A DNA stretch of 64,000 nt from Vicinamibacterales bacterium (GCA_035293405.1 DATDOE010000040.1:95672-159671), one strand, 5' to 3'; numbered from the stretch's first letter, positions 15,459 through 25,233 are shown. Notes: a model not told the origin generated them from the letters alone. Program-made: numbers and translations.

Positions 15459-17707
15459 GGCGTGGCGGCTCCGACGGGTTCGCCGGCCGCGGCCCTCTGC
15501 AGGACCACGTGGGCGTTCTTGCGAGACAGCTGAATGTGCTGGGCCACGACCCAGTCGAGCCGTGCGAGGTGCGCCGCCAGGGCATCACTCTCTTCCGAGG
15601 GCATCGTGAAGACGATCGTCTTCAACGTGCTCGACTTCAAGACGCCGGTCGCTCCGGCCAGCACCTGCGCCGCCGTCCTGGGATTGCCAAGACGCAGGTG
15701 ATGTGGAGCGGGCAGCGCGTAGCGCGGGACCACCTGATCGAGCGACATCGCGTACACCGGCTGCTTCACGGTGCGCTCTTCTCCGCTCGAGCGCTTGACA
15801 CGCCAGGGCAGCGGCTTGACGCCATGCCCATGCCACCCCGCCAGGCCGGTCGGGTATTTCAGCTCGCCCATGCCGTCGAAGTCGGCCAGCGCGACCGGAA
15901 GCGGGATGACCGAGCCATCGCAGCCGTTGATGCGCACGTTCTCGCACAAGGCATTGAACGAGGCGAAGCCAGGCTCGAACGCCACGACCACCGCACCGTG
16001 ATATTTCGCCGCCAGCAGTGTGTAAATCCCCAGGCCGGCATCGATGTCGTAGACCACGTCGCCGATGCCGAGTTGCTGGAGCCAGACGAGCGTGCCCTTG
16101 TTCAACCGGCAGTGTCGTTCGGCATCCCGCAGGTTCGTCGCCTGCACGTGCAGGTTGTAGCCGTACCGCTCGTTCGCGATCGAGCAGATCGTGCCTGCGC
16201 CGACGACAGACGAGGCCGCCCTGACCTCTGGCGCGGCTGCCGCCTCGACGACACCGACCGGGGAGCGTGACTGACCGGTCTCCATGGGCCCGGCCTGCGC
16301 GGCCGTGCGCTCAATCGCTTCTGCCAGCAACGGCGACACGGCGCGCTCGATCCCGTGTGGCCGAAGGAACTCACCGGCGAAGCGGCGGATCGTCGCACGG
16401 TCCTGTGGCGACTCGAGCTCCGCCTGTAGCTGCGCGACGTGCTCGGCCAGACCGCGCGCGCTGCGCACGCATCCACCCTGCTCCTCGAGCAGGTAGTGGA
16501 AGTGCAGCGTGCTGCTCTGGCCATCGGCGTCCTCGTCGCCGGCGAACACCGTGTACACCGGCGTGCCGACAATCGCCGCTTCGAGCTCCGCGCTGGTATT
16601 GAGCCCGACGACTGCCGCGCTGTGCACGAGGCATTCGTAGAGTCCCTGTTGGGCCCGGTCCGACGTCTTCAGCACGATCGCGCGCGGGTCATCGAACGGC
16701 CGCGCCACAAACCCCTTGGCGCCGCGCACCGACGGCCACGCAATCTGGACAAACGGCTCTTCGTCGCCAAGCAGTGCGATATCCGGATGCGGCCGGACGA
16801 TCACATTGCAGTCCCTGAGCGGGCCGGCCGAACCCCGGATGGCCGCAAGCCACTTGCGCACGAAGACCGCTTCGCCGGCTGACACGAGCTGCGACGAGCA
16901 GACGTAGAGCAGGGTCGGCTGTCGAGGGTCGAGACCGAGCCGCTCGTGAAACTCCTCGCGCGGCAGACGCCGGCGCAGTTCGAAGAAGGCATCGAACCGC
17001 GGCGCACCGGCCACGACCACGCGGTCCTCTGGAAACGCATGCAGGGCCCGTGCTTCGGCGCGCTGCCGCTCGTTCCACACGAACATCCAGTCGGGCGGCC
17101 GATGCAGGCATCCCTTGGTGCTGAGATTGTCCCAGCTATAGAGCAGCATCCCGACGGGGATGCCCAGCGCACGGGCGCTGGCGACGAAGTCGGCCTGCGC
17201 CGATCCGAAATGCACGAGCGGGGACAGGAGCAGCACGTCCGGAGCCTGCTCGCGAAGAAACGAATCGTAGAGCGGGTCGCTCGGCAGCTGCCGCTCGGCC
17301 AGTCCGAACACGGCCTCGAGGCGTTGGATCTGCAGCGGCGGCAGCTCGCGAAGTGCCCCGGCGACCGACTCGTTGTCGCCGCTGACGCGCAGCTCCTCAC
17401 GCAGCTTCTGAATGCTTCGCGCCTGCAGCTTCACGGCGTTCCGCATCGCGTCCTGCTGATAGTGGGCGCAGTCGCGCAGGCTGCGCAGCAGCCGGGCCAC
17501 GTCGGCCCAGTCGTCTACGCGATGGGCCGGGCAGCGCACGAGCGAGAAGCGCGGAGAATCGACGGCCCCCCGGTACTGCGCTTCGCGGGTATCGACGTGC
17601 TCTTGAACCGCCAGCGCCACTGAATGCCCGCGCTCGACGAGCACGCGGATCGTGGCGATGAAAGTCTCGACGGTTTTCTTCTGTTTGACGACGAGGAGGA
17701 TCTTCAT
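15455..17707 (-). CDS. fusion protein: GT-B-like paralog-family domain plus C-terminal FkbM-family methyltransferase
   Basis: N-terminus MKILLVVKQ...RGHSVALAV, LGIPVGMLLYSWDNLSTKG, VRPHPD, VVGLNTSAELEAAIVGTPV. C-terminus VYDIDAGLGIYTLLAAKYHGAVVVAFEPGFASFNALCENV (FkbM-type). Start at ATG 17707; the track ORF runs to 17782. Confidence 0.75.
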   Translation of the reverse strand: MKILLVVKQKKTVETFIATIRVLVERGHSVALAVQEHVDTREAQYRGAVDSPRFSLVRCPAHRVDDWADVARLLRSLRDCAHYQQDAMRNAVKLQARSIQKLREELRVSGDNESVAGALRELPPLQIQRLEAVFGLAERQLPSDPLYDSFLREQAPDVLLLSPLVHFGSAQADFVASARALGIPVGMLLYSWDNLSTKGCLHRPPDWMFVWNERQRAEARALHAFPEDRVVVAGAPRFDAFFELRRRLPREEFHERLGLDPRQPTLLYVCSSQLVSAGEAVFVRKWLAAIRGSAGPLRDCNVIVRPHPDIALLGDEEPFVQIAWPSVRGAKGFVARPFDDPRAIVLKTSDRAQQGLYECLVHSAAVVGLNTSAELEAAIVGTPVYTVFAGDEDADGQSSTLHFHYLLEEQGGCVRSARGLAEHVAQLQAELESPQDRATIRRFAGEFLRPHGIERAVSPLLAEAIERTAAQAGPMETGQSRSPVGVVEAAAAPEVRAASSVVGAGTICSIANERYGYNLHVQATNLRDAERHCRLNKGTLVWLQQLGIGDVVYDIDAGLGIYTLLAAKYHGAVVVAFEPGFASFNALCENVRINGCDGSVIPLPVALADFDGMGELKYPTGLAGWHGHGVKPLPWRVKRSSGEERTVKQPVYAMSLDQVVPRYALPAPHHLRLGNPRTAAQVLAGATGVLKSSTLKTIVFTMPSEESDALAAHLARLDWVVAQHIQLSRKNAHVVLQRAAAGEPVGAATP

Positions 17708-17729
17708 GCGGCGGTCGACTTCGGGCTGC

Positions 17730-18662
17730 TCACAGCCGATCGACGGCGGCCGCTTCGGAGCGGTTGAAGAAGACGGCTCCACCGCTGAAGATCGCCAGCG
17801 TGATCACGACGCCAATCGCGAGACCGAGGCCCGGAGGCTGTCCAATCCCCAGCAGGCCCCACTTGTACAGCTCGACCACCGGGCTCATCGGGTTCAGAAA
17901 CGCGACGAAGCGGAGCTGCTCGGGCAGCAGCTCCAGCAGCTTCGACAGCGGAAAGATCACCGGCGTGACGTAGTACCAGAGCTGCATGAAGTAGCGGATG
18001 GAGAACTGCACGTCCTTGTGGCGGACCTGCCACACCGCTGTCCACAGCCCGACCGCGATGGAGAGAAAGGCCGCCATCACCACCGCGACAAACGCCAACA
18101 GGCTCTGCGGTCCGACGCGAAGGTAGAACACACCGTCCTTCACGTAATAGAAGATGCACGCGCCGATCAGCAGTGCGAACAGCACCAGGAACTCGGTGAG
18201 GGCCGGGGCCACCGACGAGATCGGCGCAATCAGCCGTGGGAAATAGACCTTCTTGATCAGCCCACGGTTCGAATCCAGGCTGCGCGTCACCCGCTGCACG
18301 CCGCGCTCGAAGATGCGCCAGCAGGACATCCCGGCGAGGATGAACAGGAAATAGGGGATGCCGTCGGACGGCACCTGGAGCATGTTGCCGAAGATGATCG
18401 TGCTGATGAAGATCGGCATCAGCGGCCGCGCGAACAGCCAGAACTTGCCGAGCGTCGTGTCCTCGTACCGCTCCTTGATCCGTCGTCCCGCGAAGAACCA
18501 GAGAATGCGACGGTAGCGCCACAGCTCCTGAGTACGGGCCATGAGCCCGACGCGCACGGGCTCGATCACCCATTTCTGCGCCTTGCGATCGATGAAGGGC
18601 TCGCCGGCGCCCGCGGCGACCGGCGCACCGAGCCCCAGCAGGCGTCTAAGCCCGAGCGGCAT
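17730..18662 (-). CDS. wzm: ABC-2 type polysaccharide export permease (Wzm/TagG/KpsM-like)
   Basis: VIEPVRVGLMARTQELWRYRRILWFFAGRRIKERYEDTTLGKFWLFARPLMPIF is the typical Wzm N-terminus, followed by 6 TM helices. Confidence 0.85.
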   Translation of the reverse strand: MPLGLRRLLGLGAPVAAGAGEPFIDRKAQKWVIEPVRVGLMARTQELWRYRRILWFFAGRRIKERYEDTTLGKFWLFARPLMPIFISTIIFGNMLQVPSDGIPYFLFILAGMSCWRIFERGVQRVTRSLDSNRGLIKKVYFPRLIAPISSVAPALTEFLVLFALLIGACIFYYVKDGVFYLRVGPQSLLAFVAVVMAAFLSIAVGLWTAVWQVRHKDVQFSIRYFMQLWYYVTPVIFPLSKLLELLPEQLRFVAFLNPMSPVVELYKWGLLGIGQPPGLGLAIGVVITLAIFSGGAVFFNRSEAAAVDRL

Positions 18663-19905
18663 AGGCTTCCTGCCGGACGGTCCACTCGAGGCGCGGCGCG
18701 ATGAATCCCACGCGATCGAGCCGGCCCGAGGCCGGGGTGTCGGGCGTATCCGTCCCGAACACGAGGAACGACAGCGCGTTGTAGATGACGAGCGGATACT
18801 CCTTCGTCTCGTCCCCTTTCTTGAAGATGCAGCCGACGGTGGCGACGTAGGGCAGCTCGGCCAGCAGATCGCGCGGGATCTTGGCGAGTGCCTCGTAGAC
18901 GCCGGCTTCGGGCAGCGGTCGCATCTCGGTGTCCGACGTTCTGAAGATCAGTTGACCCTTCGTGCTCAGGTCGAGGGCGCACTTCACCGAGAGATTGCCC
19001 TTCGCCGTCCGGAAGCGCGTCTTGATGAACACGTCCTCGGACACCGGCGCGCCGCCAATGTCCTTGCCAGCCGCGGAGACCAGCCGCACCGACAACACCT
19101 CGGCGAGGCGATTGGATCGGCGGCCGCGCTCGGACTGAGCGATGTCGGCCTGGCTCCAGGTCGCGTTCTGATATTCGTCGACGACTTCTTCCGGATCGCC
19201 GAGTCGCGACACGGCGCCCTGATGCAGCCACATCACGCGATTGCAGATCCGAATGATCGCGTCCATGTCGTGCGACACGAACAGGACCGTGAGGCCGGCG
19301 CGTCCGAGCTCGGCGACCTTCTGCAGGCAGCGCTCCTGAAATGCCTGGTCGCCCACGGCGAGAATCTCGTCGGCGAGCAGGATCTGGGGATTCATGTGGA
19401 TCGCGACCGAGAAGGCCAGCCGCAGATACATGCCGCTCGAGTAATGGCGGAGCGGGCTGGTCACGAACTGCTCGACTTCGGCGAACTCCAGGATCTCCTG
19501 GACGCGGCGCTGCGCCTCGGTTCGCGGGATGCCGAGAATCGCCGCGTTCATCAGGATGTTGTCGCGCGCGGGCAGATCCGGATCGAAGCCGGCGCCGAGC
19601 TCGAGCAGCGAGACCACGCGGCCCACGCCCACCACGCGGCCGGTCGTGGGGGCAATCACGCGCGCCAGGATCTTGAGGAGCGTCGTCTTGCCGGCGCCGT
19701 TGGCGCCGATGACGCCCAGGATCGTGCCTGGCTCGACGCGAAACGACACGTCACGGAGCGCCCAGAAGTCCCGCGTCTTGGCGGATGACTCCGAGTCGCC
19801 CAGCGGCGACTTCAGCCGCTGCCACAGTGAGCGCGAGGATTTCCCCTCGGATTCACGGCCCAGGACGTAGCACTTCCCGAGACCGTCGACGACCAGACTA
19901 TCCAT
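18646..19905 (-). CDS. wzt: ABC polysaccharide export ATPase (Wzt/TagH-like) with a ~170-aa C-terminal extension
   Basis: Walker A GANGAGKTT, signature YSSGM, Walker B ILLADEILAVGD. The extra C-terminal domain is consistent with a Wzt_C-type glycan-binding module. Start at MDSLVVDGLGKCY (19905); an alternative ATG lies at 19932. Confidence 0.9.
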   Translation of the reverse strand: MDSLVVDGLGKCYVLGRESEGKSSRSLWQRLKSPLGDSESSAKTRDFWALRDVSFRVEPGTILGVIGANGAGKTTLLKILARVIAPTTGRVVGVGRVVSLLELGAGFDPDLPARDNILMNAAILGIPRTEAQRRVQEILEFAEVEQFVTSPLRHYSSGMYLRLAFSVAIHMNPQILLADEILAVGDQAFQERCLQKVAELGRAGLTVLFVSHDMDAIIRICNRVMWLHQGAVSRLGDPEEVVDEYQNATWSQADIAQSERGRRSNRLAEVLSVRLVSAAGKDIGGAPVSEDVFIKTRFRTAKGNLSVKCALDLSTKGQLIFRTSDTEMRPLPEAGVYEALAKIPRDLLAELPYVATVGCIFKKGDETKEYPLVIYNALSFLVFGTDTPDTPASGRLDRVGFIAPRLEWTVRQEAYAARA

Positions 19906-20022
19906 GGATGCAGCAGGCCACCAGGGTGGCAAGACACTCGATCTACTCGAGGCAAGTGCCCGCGTTCAGCGAACGTATCGAACACACCGTTTATACTACA
20001 CGTGTCCGGATCGCTCTACAGG

Positions 20023-21669
20023 ATGGCACTTTCGATCGCGTTTGCGCAGGTGAATCCCACCGTCGGCGACGTGGCCGGCAACCTCGCGCTCGTGCGACAG
20101 ACTCGCGACCGCGCCGCAGCCCTCGGGGCCGATCTCGTGGTGTTTTCCGAGCTGGTGCTGGTCGGGTACCCGCCTGAAGATCTCGTCCTGCGACCCGCGC
20201 TCGTGCAGACCGCGGCCGAGGCGCTTCGGGACCTGGAGCGCGACAGCCAGTCGGGCGCGCCGGCCCTGCTGGTCACGCTTCCCTGGCACGCCGACGGGTG
20301 TCTGCACAACGCGGTTGCGTTGGTCGCGGACGGCCGCTCCGACCTTCGCTTCAAGCACGAGCTGCCGAACTATGGCGTCTTCGACGAGAAGCGTCTGTTC
20401 GCGCCGGGGCCACTGCCGGCACCGGTCACATTCCGCGGCATCCGCATCGGGATTCCCATCTGCGAGGACATCTGGTTTCCCGCCGTGACCGCCCACCTTG
20501 CGCGTTCGGGGGCGGAGCTGCTGCTCGTGCCGAACGGCTCGCCGTTCGAGGTCGAGAAGTTCGAGCAGCGGCTCGAGCTGGCGCGCGAGCGGACGTCCGA
20601 GACCGGTCTGCCCATCGCCTACGTCAACCAGGTCGGCGGCCAGGACGAGCTCGTGTTCGACGGCGGCTCGTTCGTCATGAACGCCGACGGCGCCCTCGCG
20701 CATCTGCTTCCCTTCTGGCGCGAGTCGCTCGTGATCACACGCTGGGAGCAGTCACAGGGCCGCTTCCGCTGCGCGGGGGAGACGTCGTGGATCGAGCCGC
20801 CTCGCCTCGACGCCATCTACAGCGCGATGATGCTCGGCCTCCGCGACTACGTTCGGAAGAACGGCTTCGGCGGCGTGGTACTCGGCCTCTCGGGCGGCAT
20901 CGACTCGGCGCTCACGGCGGCCGTCGCCGTTGACGCGCTCGGGCCCGAGCGGGTCCGCGGCGTGCGCCTGCCGTCACGGTTCACGTCGCGCGCGAGCATG
21001 GACGATGCCGGGGAGTCGGCGCGGCGGCTGGGCATGCACCTCGACACGGTGGAGATCGAACCGACGGTTGCTGCAGCCGAGGCCGCGCTCGCGCCTCTCT
21101 TCACCGGCCGCGATCGAGACGTAGCGGAAGAGAACCTCCAGGCCCGTGTCCGCGGCCTGCTGCTCATGGGGCTGTCCAACAAGTTCGGCGAGCTGCTCGT
21201 CACCACGGGCAACAAGTCCGAGATGTCGGTCGGCTACGCCACCTTGTACGGCGACATGTGCGGCGGCTACTCAGTGTTGAAGGACATTTACAAAACCGAG
21301 GTCTACGCCCTGTCCCGTTGGCGGAACGCCAACCTGCCGGACGGCAGCGCCTCGTCTGCCAAGGGCGTCATCCCGCAATCGTCGATCGTCAAGGCCCCCA
21401 CCGCGGAGCTCAAGCCGAACCAGACGGACCAGGACTCCCTTCCCCCGTACGAGATGCTCGATGCGATCCTGCACGGGCTGATCGAGGAGGAGAAGAGCGT
21501 CGAGCAGATCGTCGCGAGCGGATTCGCGCGCGAGGTCGTGACGCGCGTGCAGCGTCTGCTCTACACCGCGGAATACAAGCGCCGCCAGGCACCGCCGGGT
21601 GTGAAGATCACGCGTAAGAGCTTCGGGCGGGATCGGCGGTATCCGATGACCAACGCGTTTCGAGAGTAG
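20023..21669 (+). CDS. nadE: glutamine-dependent NAD+ synthetase
   Basis: N-terminal nitrilase/CN-hydrolase domain (IAFAQVNPTVGDVAGN...ICEDIWFP) plus a C-terminal NAD synthetase domain (GLSGGIDSALTA). Confidence 0.9.
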   Translation: MALSIAFAQVNPTVGDVAGNLALVRQTRDRAAALGADLVVFSELVLVGYPPEDLVLRPALVQTAAEALRDLERDSQSGAPALLVTLPWHADGCLHNAVALVADGRSDLRFKHELPNYGVFDEKRLFAPGPLPAPVTFRGIRIGIPICEDIWFPAVTAHLARSGAELLLVPNGSPFEVEKFEQRLELARERTSETGLPIAYVNQVGGQDELVFDGGSFVMNADGALAHLLPFWRESLVITRWEQSQGRFRCAGETSWIEPPRLDAIYSAMMLGLRDYVRKNGFGGVVLGLSGGIDSALTAAVAVDALGPERVRGVRLPSRFTSRASMDDAGESARRLGMHLDTVEIEPTVAAAEAALAPLFTGRDRDVAEENLQARVRGLLLMGLSNKFGELLVTTGNKSEMSVGYATLYGDMCGGYSVLKDIYKTEVYALSRWRNANLPDGSASSAKGVIPQSSIVKAPTAELKPNQTDQDSLPPYEMLDAILHGLIEEEKSVEQIVASGFAREVVTRVQRLLYTAEYKRRQAPPGVKITRKSFGRDRRYPMTNAFRE

Positions 21670-21703
21670 CCACGAAGAGCTCTGAGGTCAGATCGCCACG
21701 AGC

Positions 21704-22432
21704 ATGCGCACAGAAATCGGACATGTGGAGGCGATCTTCCGGTATCCCGTGAAGTCCATGGGCGGCGAACGACTCGAGGTGGCCAATCTGGGCTGGCACG
21801 GCCTCGATGGCGACAGACGCCTGGCATTCCGGCGGCTTGATGACCGCAGCGGGTTTCCGTGGCTGACCGCAAGCAAGCTTCCCGACCTGCTCCTGTTTGC
21901 TCCGCTCCGCCGTGAAGACAGTGCGCAGGGAGACCTTCCCACGCACGTTCGCACGCCGGATGGCGAAGAGATGCCTGTCTTTGGGGAGGACCTGGCCACG
22001 GAGGTCGGACGTCGGCACGGGGCTCCGGTGCAGATGATGCAGTTGAAGCACGGCATCTTCGATGATGCGAGCATCTCGGTGATCGCCGCCGATACGGTGC
22101 GCGAGATCTCACAACTCGCGGGGCGCAGCCCGGACGTGCGGCGATTTCGGCCGAATGTTGTCGTGCGCTTACTGCGTCCGGGGCCCTTCCAGGAGGACGA
22201 GTGGTTGGGTGGTGTGCTCTCATTCGGCGAGGGAGACGAGGCCCCCGCCATTGCCGTCACGATGCGCGACGTGCGCTGCTCGATGGTGAACCTTGATCCG
22301 GACTCGGCAAGTCCTGCGGCCGAAGTGCTGAAGGCAGTCGTTCGGGCGAACCAGAACAACGCGGGAATCTACGGCACCGTCACGCGCATCGGTCGACTGG
22401 CGGTCGGACAGACCATACGCCTCAACAAATGA
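21704..22432 (+). CDS. MOSC domain-containing protein
   Basis: GHVEAIFRYPVKSMGGERLE (MOSC N-terminal beta-barrel) ...FRPNVVV...MRDVRCSMVNLDPD. Confidence 0.85.
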   Translation: MRTEIGHVEAIFRYPVKSMGGERLEVANLGWHGLDGDRRLAFRRLDDRSGFPWLTASKLPDLLLFAPLRREDSAQGDLPTHVRTPDGEEMPVFGEDLATEVGRRHGAPVQMMQLKHGIFDDASISVIAADTVREISQLAGRSPDVRRFRPNVVVRLLRPGPFQEDEWLGGVLSFGEGDEAPAIAVTMRDVRCSMVNLDPDSASPAAEVLKAVVRANQNNAGIYGTVTRIGRLAVGQTIRLNK

Positions 22433-22462
22433 CGCCTCCGCAGCGATAAGGCGAGAAGGATC

Positions 22463-22531
22463 GCCACAGAGGACACGGAGATCTGGCCACGGAGAACACG
22501 GAGAATCGGCCACAAAGAGCACAAAGATCAC
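22463..22531. repeat. CACGGAG-family heptamer repeat cluster, forward orientation
   Basis: gccacagaggacacggagatctggccacggagaacacggagaatcggccacaaagagcacaaagatcac. Confidence 0.8.
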
Positions 22532-22664
22532 TGAGGCTTCTTCCGGAATGAGCCTCTTCGTGAGTTGGATGCCTCCGGCCGTAGACCAAACGTGGACGCC
22601 ATACGGTGCGGCGTTTATCGCGAACAGAGTCAAAGATTGGCAGACGGCCGGTCCGCGGCATGGG

Positions 22665-24728
22665 CTAAATATCTGATCGTCTTGGTTCGGAATGCACTGC
22701 CACCAGTCCGATCCGGCTGTGTCGAACATCTGGGTTCACTCCGCCCCGTCGAGGTGTGCCTGCCGGCCGACTCGCGATGACCGACACATGCGCTTTTCGC
22801 TCATCGCACCAGTCGGCACACCAGACCCATGCACCACGGAGTTGAGGAACGTCGGGAACAGTGTCGCCGCTATCTGGCAGGCGCCGACCAGACCACAGGC
22901 AATATACAAAGGCGTCATACCAAGACAAGCCAGAGACCAAGTTCTGCTGACTCCGCAGGTCAGGTCCGGCGCTCTGCTCGGGGACCAGACCGTCCGTCCC
23001 TGAAGTAGATCCCGTGCCGTCTTCTGCAATATATGTAGGATGCCAGCCGTAGCCAGTAGTGCGCCGCCATCCTGTAGCTTTCAAGAACGTCCGGTACTCG
23101 TCATTCGTCACCGGCCGTGCCCTTCCGTTTTCCCCAGTCCCAGTGAGCGCCCTTCGACATCTCGGGACCAGGAAACGGTTAACGTTGTAACTTCCGATGA
23201 GATCCAATCGAGCTATCGTCGAGGAGTCAAATCTCCTCAGGTCGTCGAAGAGCGATAGAGAGAGAAAGAACTCTTCGATTGAAGAGTGCGACCACGCGTA
23301 GTCACCTGATGGAGTCCGCGTCAGCAGTCCAGCGTGGACGAAACGGTTCGAATCGTCGCTGGCAGGTCGCCGCCCGGTCGACGCACAACGCTTGAGCACT
23401 TCCCAAGCGTCGTCGAGATCGTCGTTTGTGAACAGGCGGTCTCGTAAGAGTAGCGTCCGAATCGCGGCAGCATACAGCTCATCGAGGTCCGTGCGGCCGA
23501 TGACGCTGTGAAGTTCGGGGAGCGCAAGTTGCAGAAAGCGCAGAATTACTGGCACTCGGGGCAAGTTGTCCAAGACGTAGTCAATCGCGGGATTCTCCTT
23601 GCTGTCGGCACCAGCCGCTTCTAGCAGATACCGACGGGCGTCTTCTCTTGACAGCTCGATCAGCTCCATTCGACGAGGCACAGAATTACGCCGCAGGGCC
23701 GCCCTGATGGCATCATCCGTGGAGTCTCCGCTCTTGGGCGTCAGTCCCTTTGGTCGAAGCGCCTCTGTTACGACCTCGCTTGTCGCCTCAAAAGTTGTAC
23801 TTCGGCAGCTGTACACAAGTCGCGCCCCGATCGGAAGAAGTCGTCCGACGGCCGTCAACGTTTCGGCATAGTTGGCCTGATTGTCACCTGTAGGTCCGAT
23901 GAGCTCATCCAACCCATCGATGACGATCATGAGATTGGCGAGCTCGAGAATCTCGTCAGTAGGCACGGGGGGATCGGCGACCGCCAGAAGCTCTTGCCGG
24001 CTGGCTGGCCGCAAATGCTGAAGGTCCCTTGCGGGAATGAATATAGGAATGAACTCGTTGGATTCGGACAACCGGGCGCATAGTCCTCGAAGCAAATAGG
24101 TCTTTCCGGATCCTGGATCCCCCACGAGAACCAAATCCGACGCCTGCGGGTCTCTTATCCATGCGTCGATCGCGGCCCGTGCATCGATTGCTGGGCCAGA
24201 ACCTGCTCTTGCCGCAACGGAGACCAAGCGACGACCCGCCGTCAGGCCGTCGTACTTGGCCGCGTGCGCCTGGCGATACGTGACTAGGACGCCTGACCGT
24301 TGACCCTCTGGTCCTTCTTGACGGTGCTCTCTGCAAGCCTCGATGAGCAGGTCTATTCCAGACGGCATTCGCTCACGCAAGTCGATGTGCTTGTAGCGAG
24401 CTAGTGTGTCCGGGAGTTTGACATCGTCGATTCGAATCGGAACGAACCGTCGAGTGCGGTTCCTAGGATCGCGAAACAGTGCGGTGCTACGTTCGAGATC
24501 GACCCAGTCTGAACCCAGCGCATTCCAGGAGACAAACAGGGCAAGCACCCGCGACGTCTCTAGGCCAGCTTCGATGGACAGGTAAATGTCGTCACCAATA
24601 CCAATTTCCCACTCGTCAAACCAGACTCTCAGGCCGGCGTCGCGCAGTTTCGCGGCAACTGCCCGAACGATATCCTTGTCAGCAGAAGAGTGACTTAGAA
24701 ACACATCATAGGCATATGGTGGCGTCAT
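22665..24728 (-). CDS. TIR - P-loop NACHT/STAND NTPase - FGE/SUMF1-like domain protein (candidate anti-phage STAND)
   Basis: TIR: YDVFLSHSSADKDIVRAVAAKLRDAGLRVWFDEWEIGIGDD. Walker A LVLVGDPGSGKTYLLRGL with Walker B-like LMIVIDGLDEL. C-terminus PVTNDEYRTFLKATGW...GLSWYDAFVYCLWSGRRLPD...WVWCADW (FGE-sulfatase-like). Start set at ATG 24728; the track ORF extends to 25091 through a low-complexity leader. Confidence 0.8.
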   Translation of the reverse strand: MTPPYAYDVFLSHSSADKDIVRAVAAKLRDAGLRVWFDEWEIGIGDDIYLSIEAGLETSRVLALFVSWNALGSDWVDLERSTALFRDPRNRTRRFVPIRIDDVKLPDTLARYKHIDLRERMPSGIDLLIEACREHRQEGPEGQRSGVLVTYRQAHAAKYDGLTAGRRLVSVAARAGSGPAIDARAAIDAWIRDPQASDLVLVGDPGSGKTYLLRGLCARLSESNEFIPIFIPARDLQHLRPASRQELLAVADPPVPTDEILELANLMIVIDGLDELIGPTGDNQANYAETLTAVGRLLPIGARLVYSCRSTTFEATSEVVTEALRPKGLTPKSGDSTDDAIRAALRRNSVPRRMELIELSREDARRYLLEAAGADSKENPAIDYVLDNLPRVPVILRFLQLALPELHSVIGRTDLDELYAAAIRTLLLRDRLFTNDDLDDAWEVLKRCASTGRRPASDDSNRFVHAGLLTRTPSGDYAWSHSSIEEFFLSLSLFDDLRRFDSSTIARLDLIGSYNVNRFLVPRCRRALTGTGENGRARPVTNDEYRTFLKATGWRRTTGYGWHPTYIAEDGTGSTSGTDGLVPEQSAGPDLRSQQNLVSGLSWYDAFVYCLWSGRRLPDSGDTVPDVPQLRGAWVWCADWCDERKAHVSVIASRPAGTPRRGGVNPDVRHSRIGLVAVHSEPRRSDI

Positions 24729-25159
24729 GCTCGCGATCGATCTCACATCGTGTGGAGACAGGGCAGTTGCGTGGTGATCAGGCCGTGAATGTGTGGACGG
24801 CGACTCACCTCCCATACGGCTCGCGAAATTATCTGCCCGATTCGCGCTGGTAGAAAGCCCCGAAGAGGTGGCGGGCGCAGGTGCGCTGCCGGCGGTGCGC
24901 AAGTGTTGCTTGATGCCGGCGGCGACGGGCACGGTCCTCACCATGTTCCGAGGACGTCCGTGCCCCGCCGCCAGGCCCTTGCCTTGGTTTGTTAGATGCA
25001 TGGCGGACAGCACTGCCGCGATGCGGTGGTCACGGTCTAGGCATCGATCGCTGTCCTTGCCGCGCATCAGCGATTCGTCCTGAGTCGCCAAGGATTTACC
25101 TATGTTTTGCCCTCAAGGCGTAGCGGACTTCGTGTTCTTCCTGCCCCAACTCATTGATT

Positions 25160-25233
25160 TCCGTGTCCTCCGTGGCCAAAGATCTCCGTGATCATCGTGT
25201 CCTTTGTGGCCGATTCTCCCTGTCCTTCGTGCC
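25160..25233. repeat. CACGGAG-family heptamer repeat cluster, reverse orientation
   Basis: tccgtgtcctccgtggccaaagatctccgtgatcatcgtgtcctttgtggccgattctccctgtccttcgtgcc. Its reverse complement shares ggagaatcggccacaaag with the 22463-22531 copy. Confidence 0.8.

Noticed and set aside
22463-22531. Possible CRISPR array (this and the other heptamer repeat clusters)
   Set aside because: The units are only 7-10 bp, degenerate and contiguous, without 25-40-bp unique spacers. There are no cas genes in the window.
24729-25091. 121-codon N-terminal extension of the TIR-STAND ORF
   Set aside because: It is a low-complexity, Ala/Arg/Ser-rich leader with no motif. The TIR domain begins right after the internal ATG at 24728. 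The extension runs toward the repeat cluster, so the true start is uncertain.
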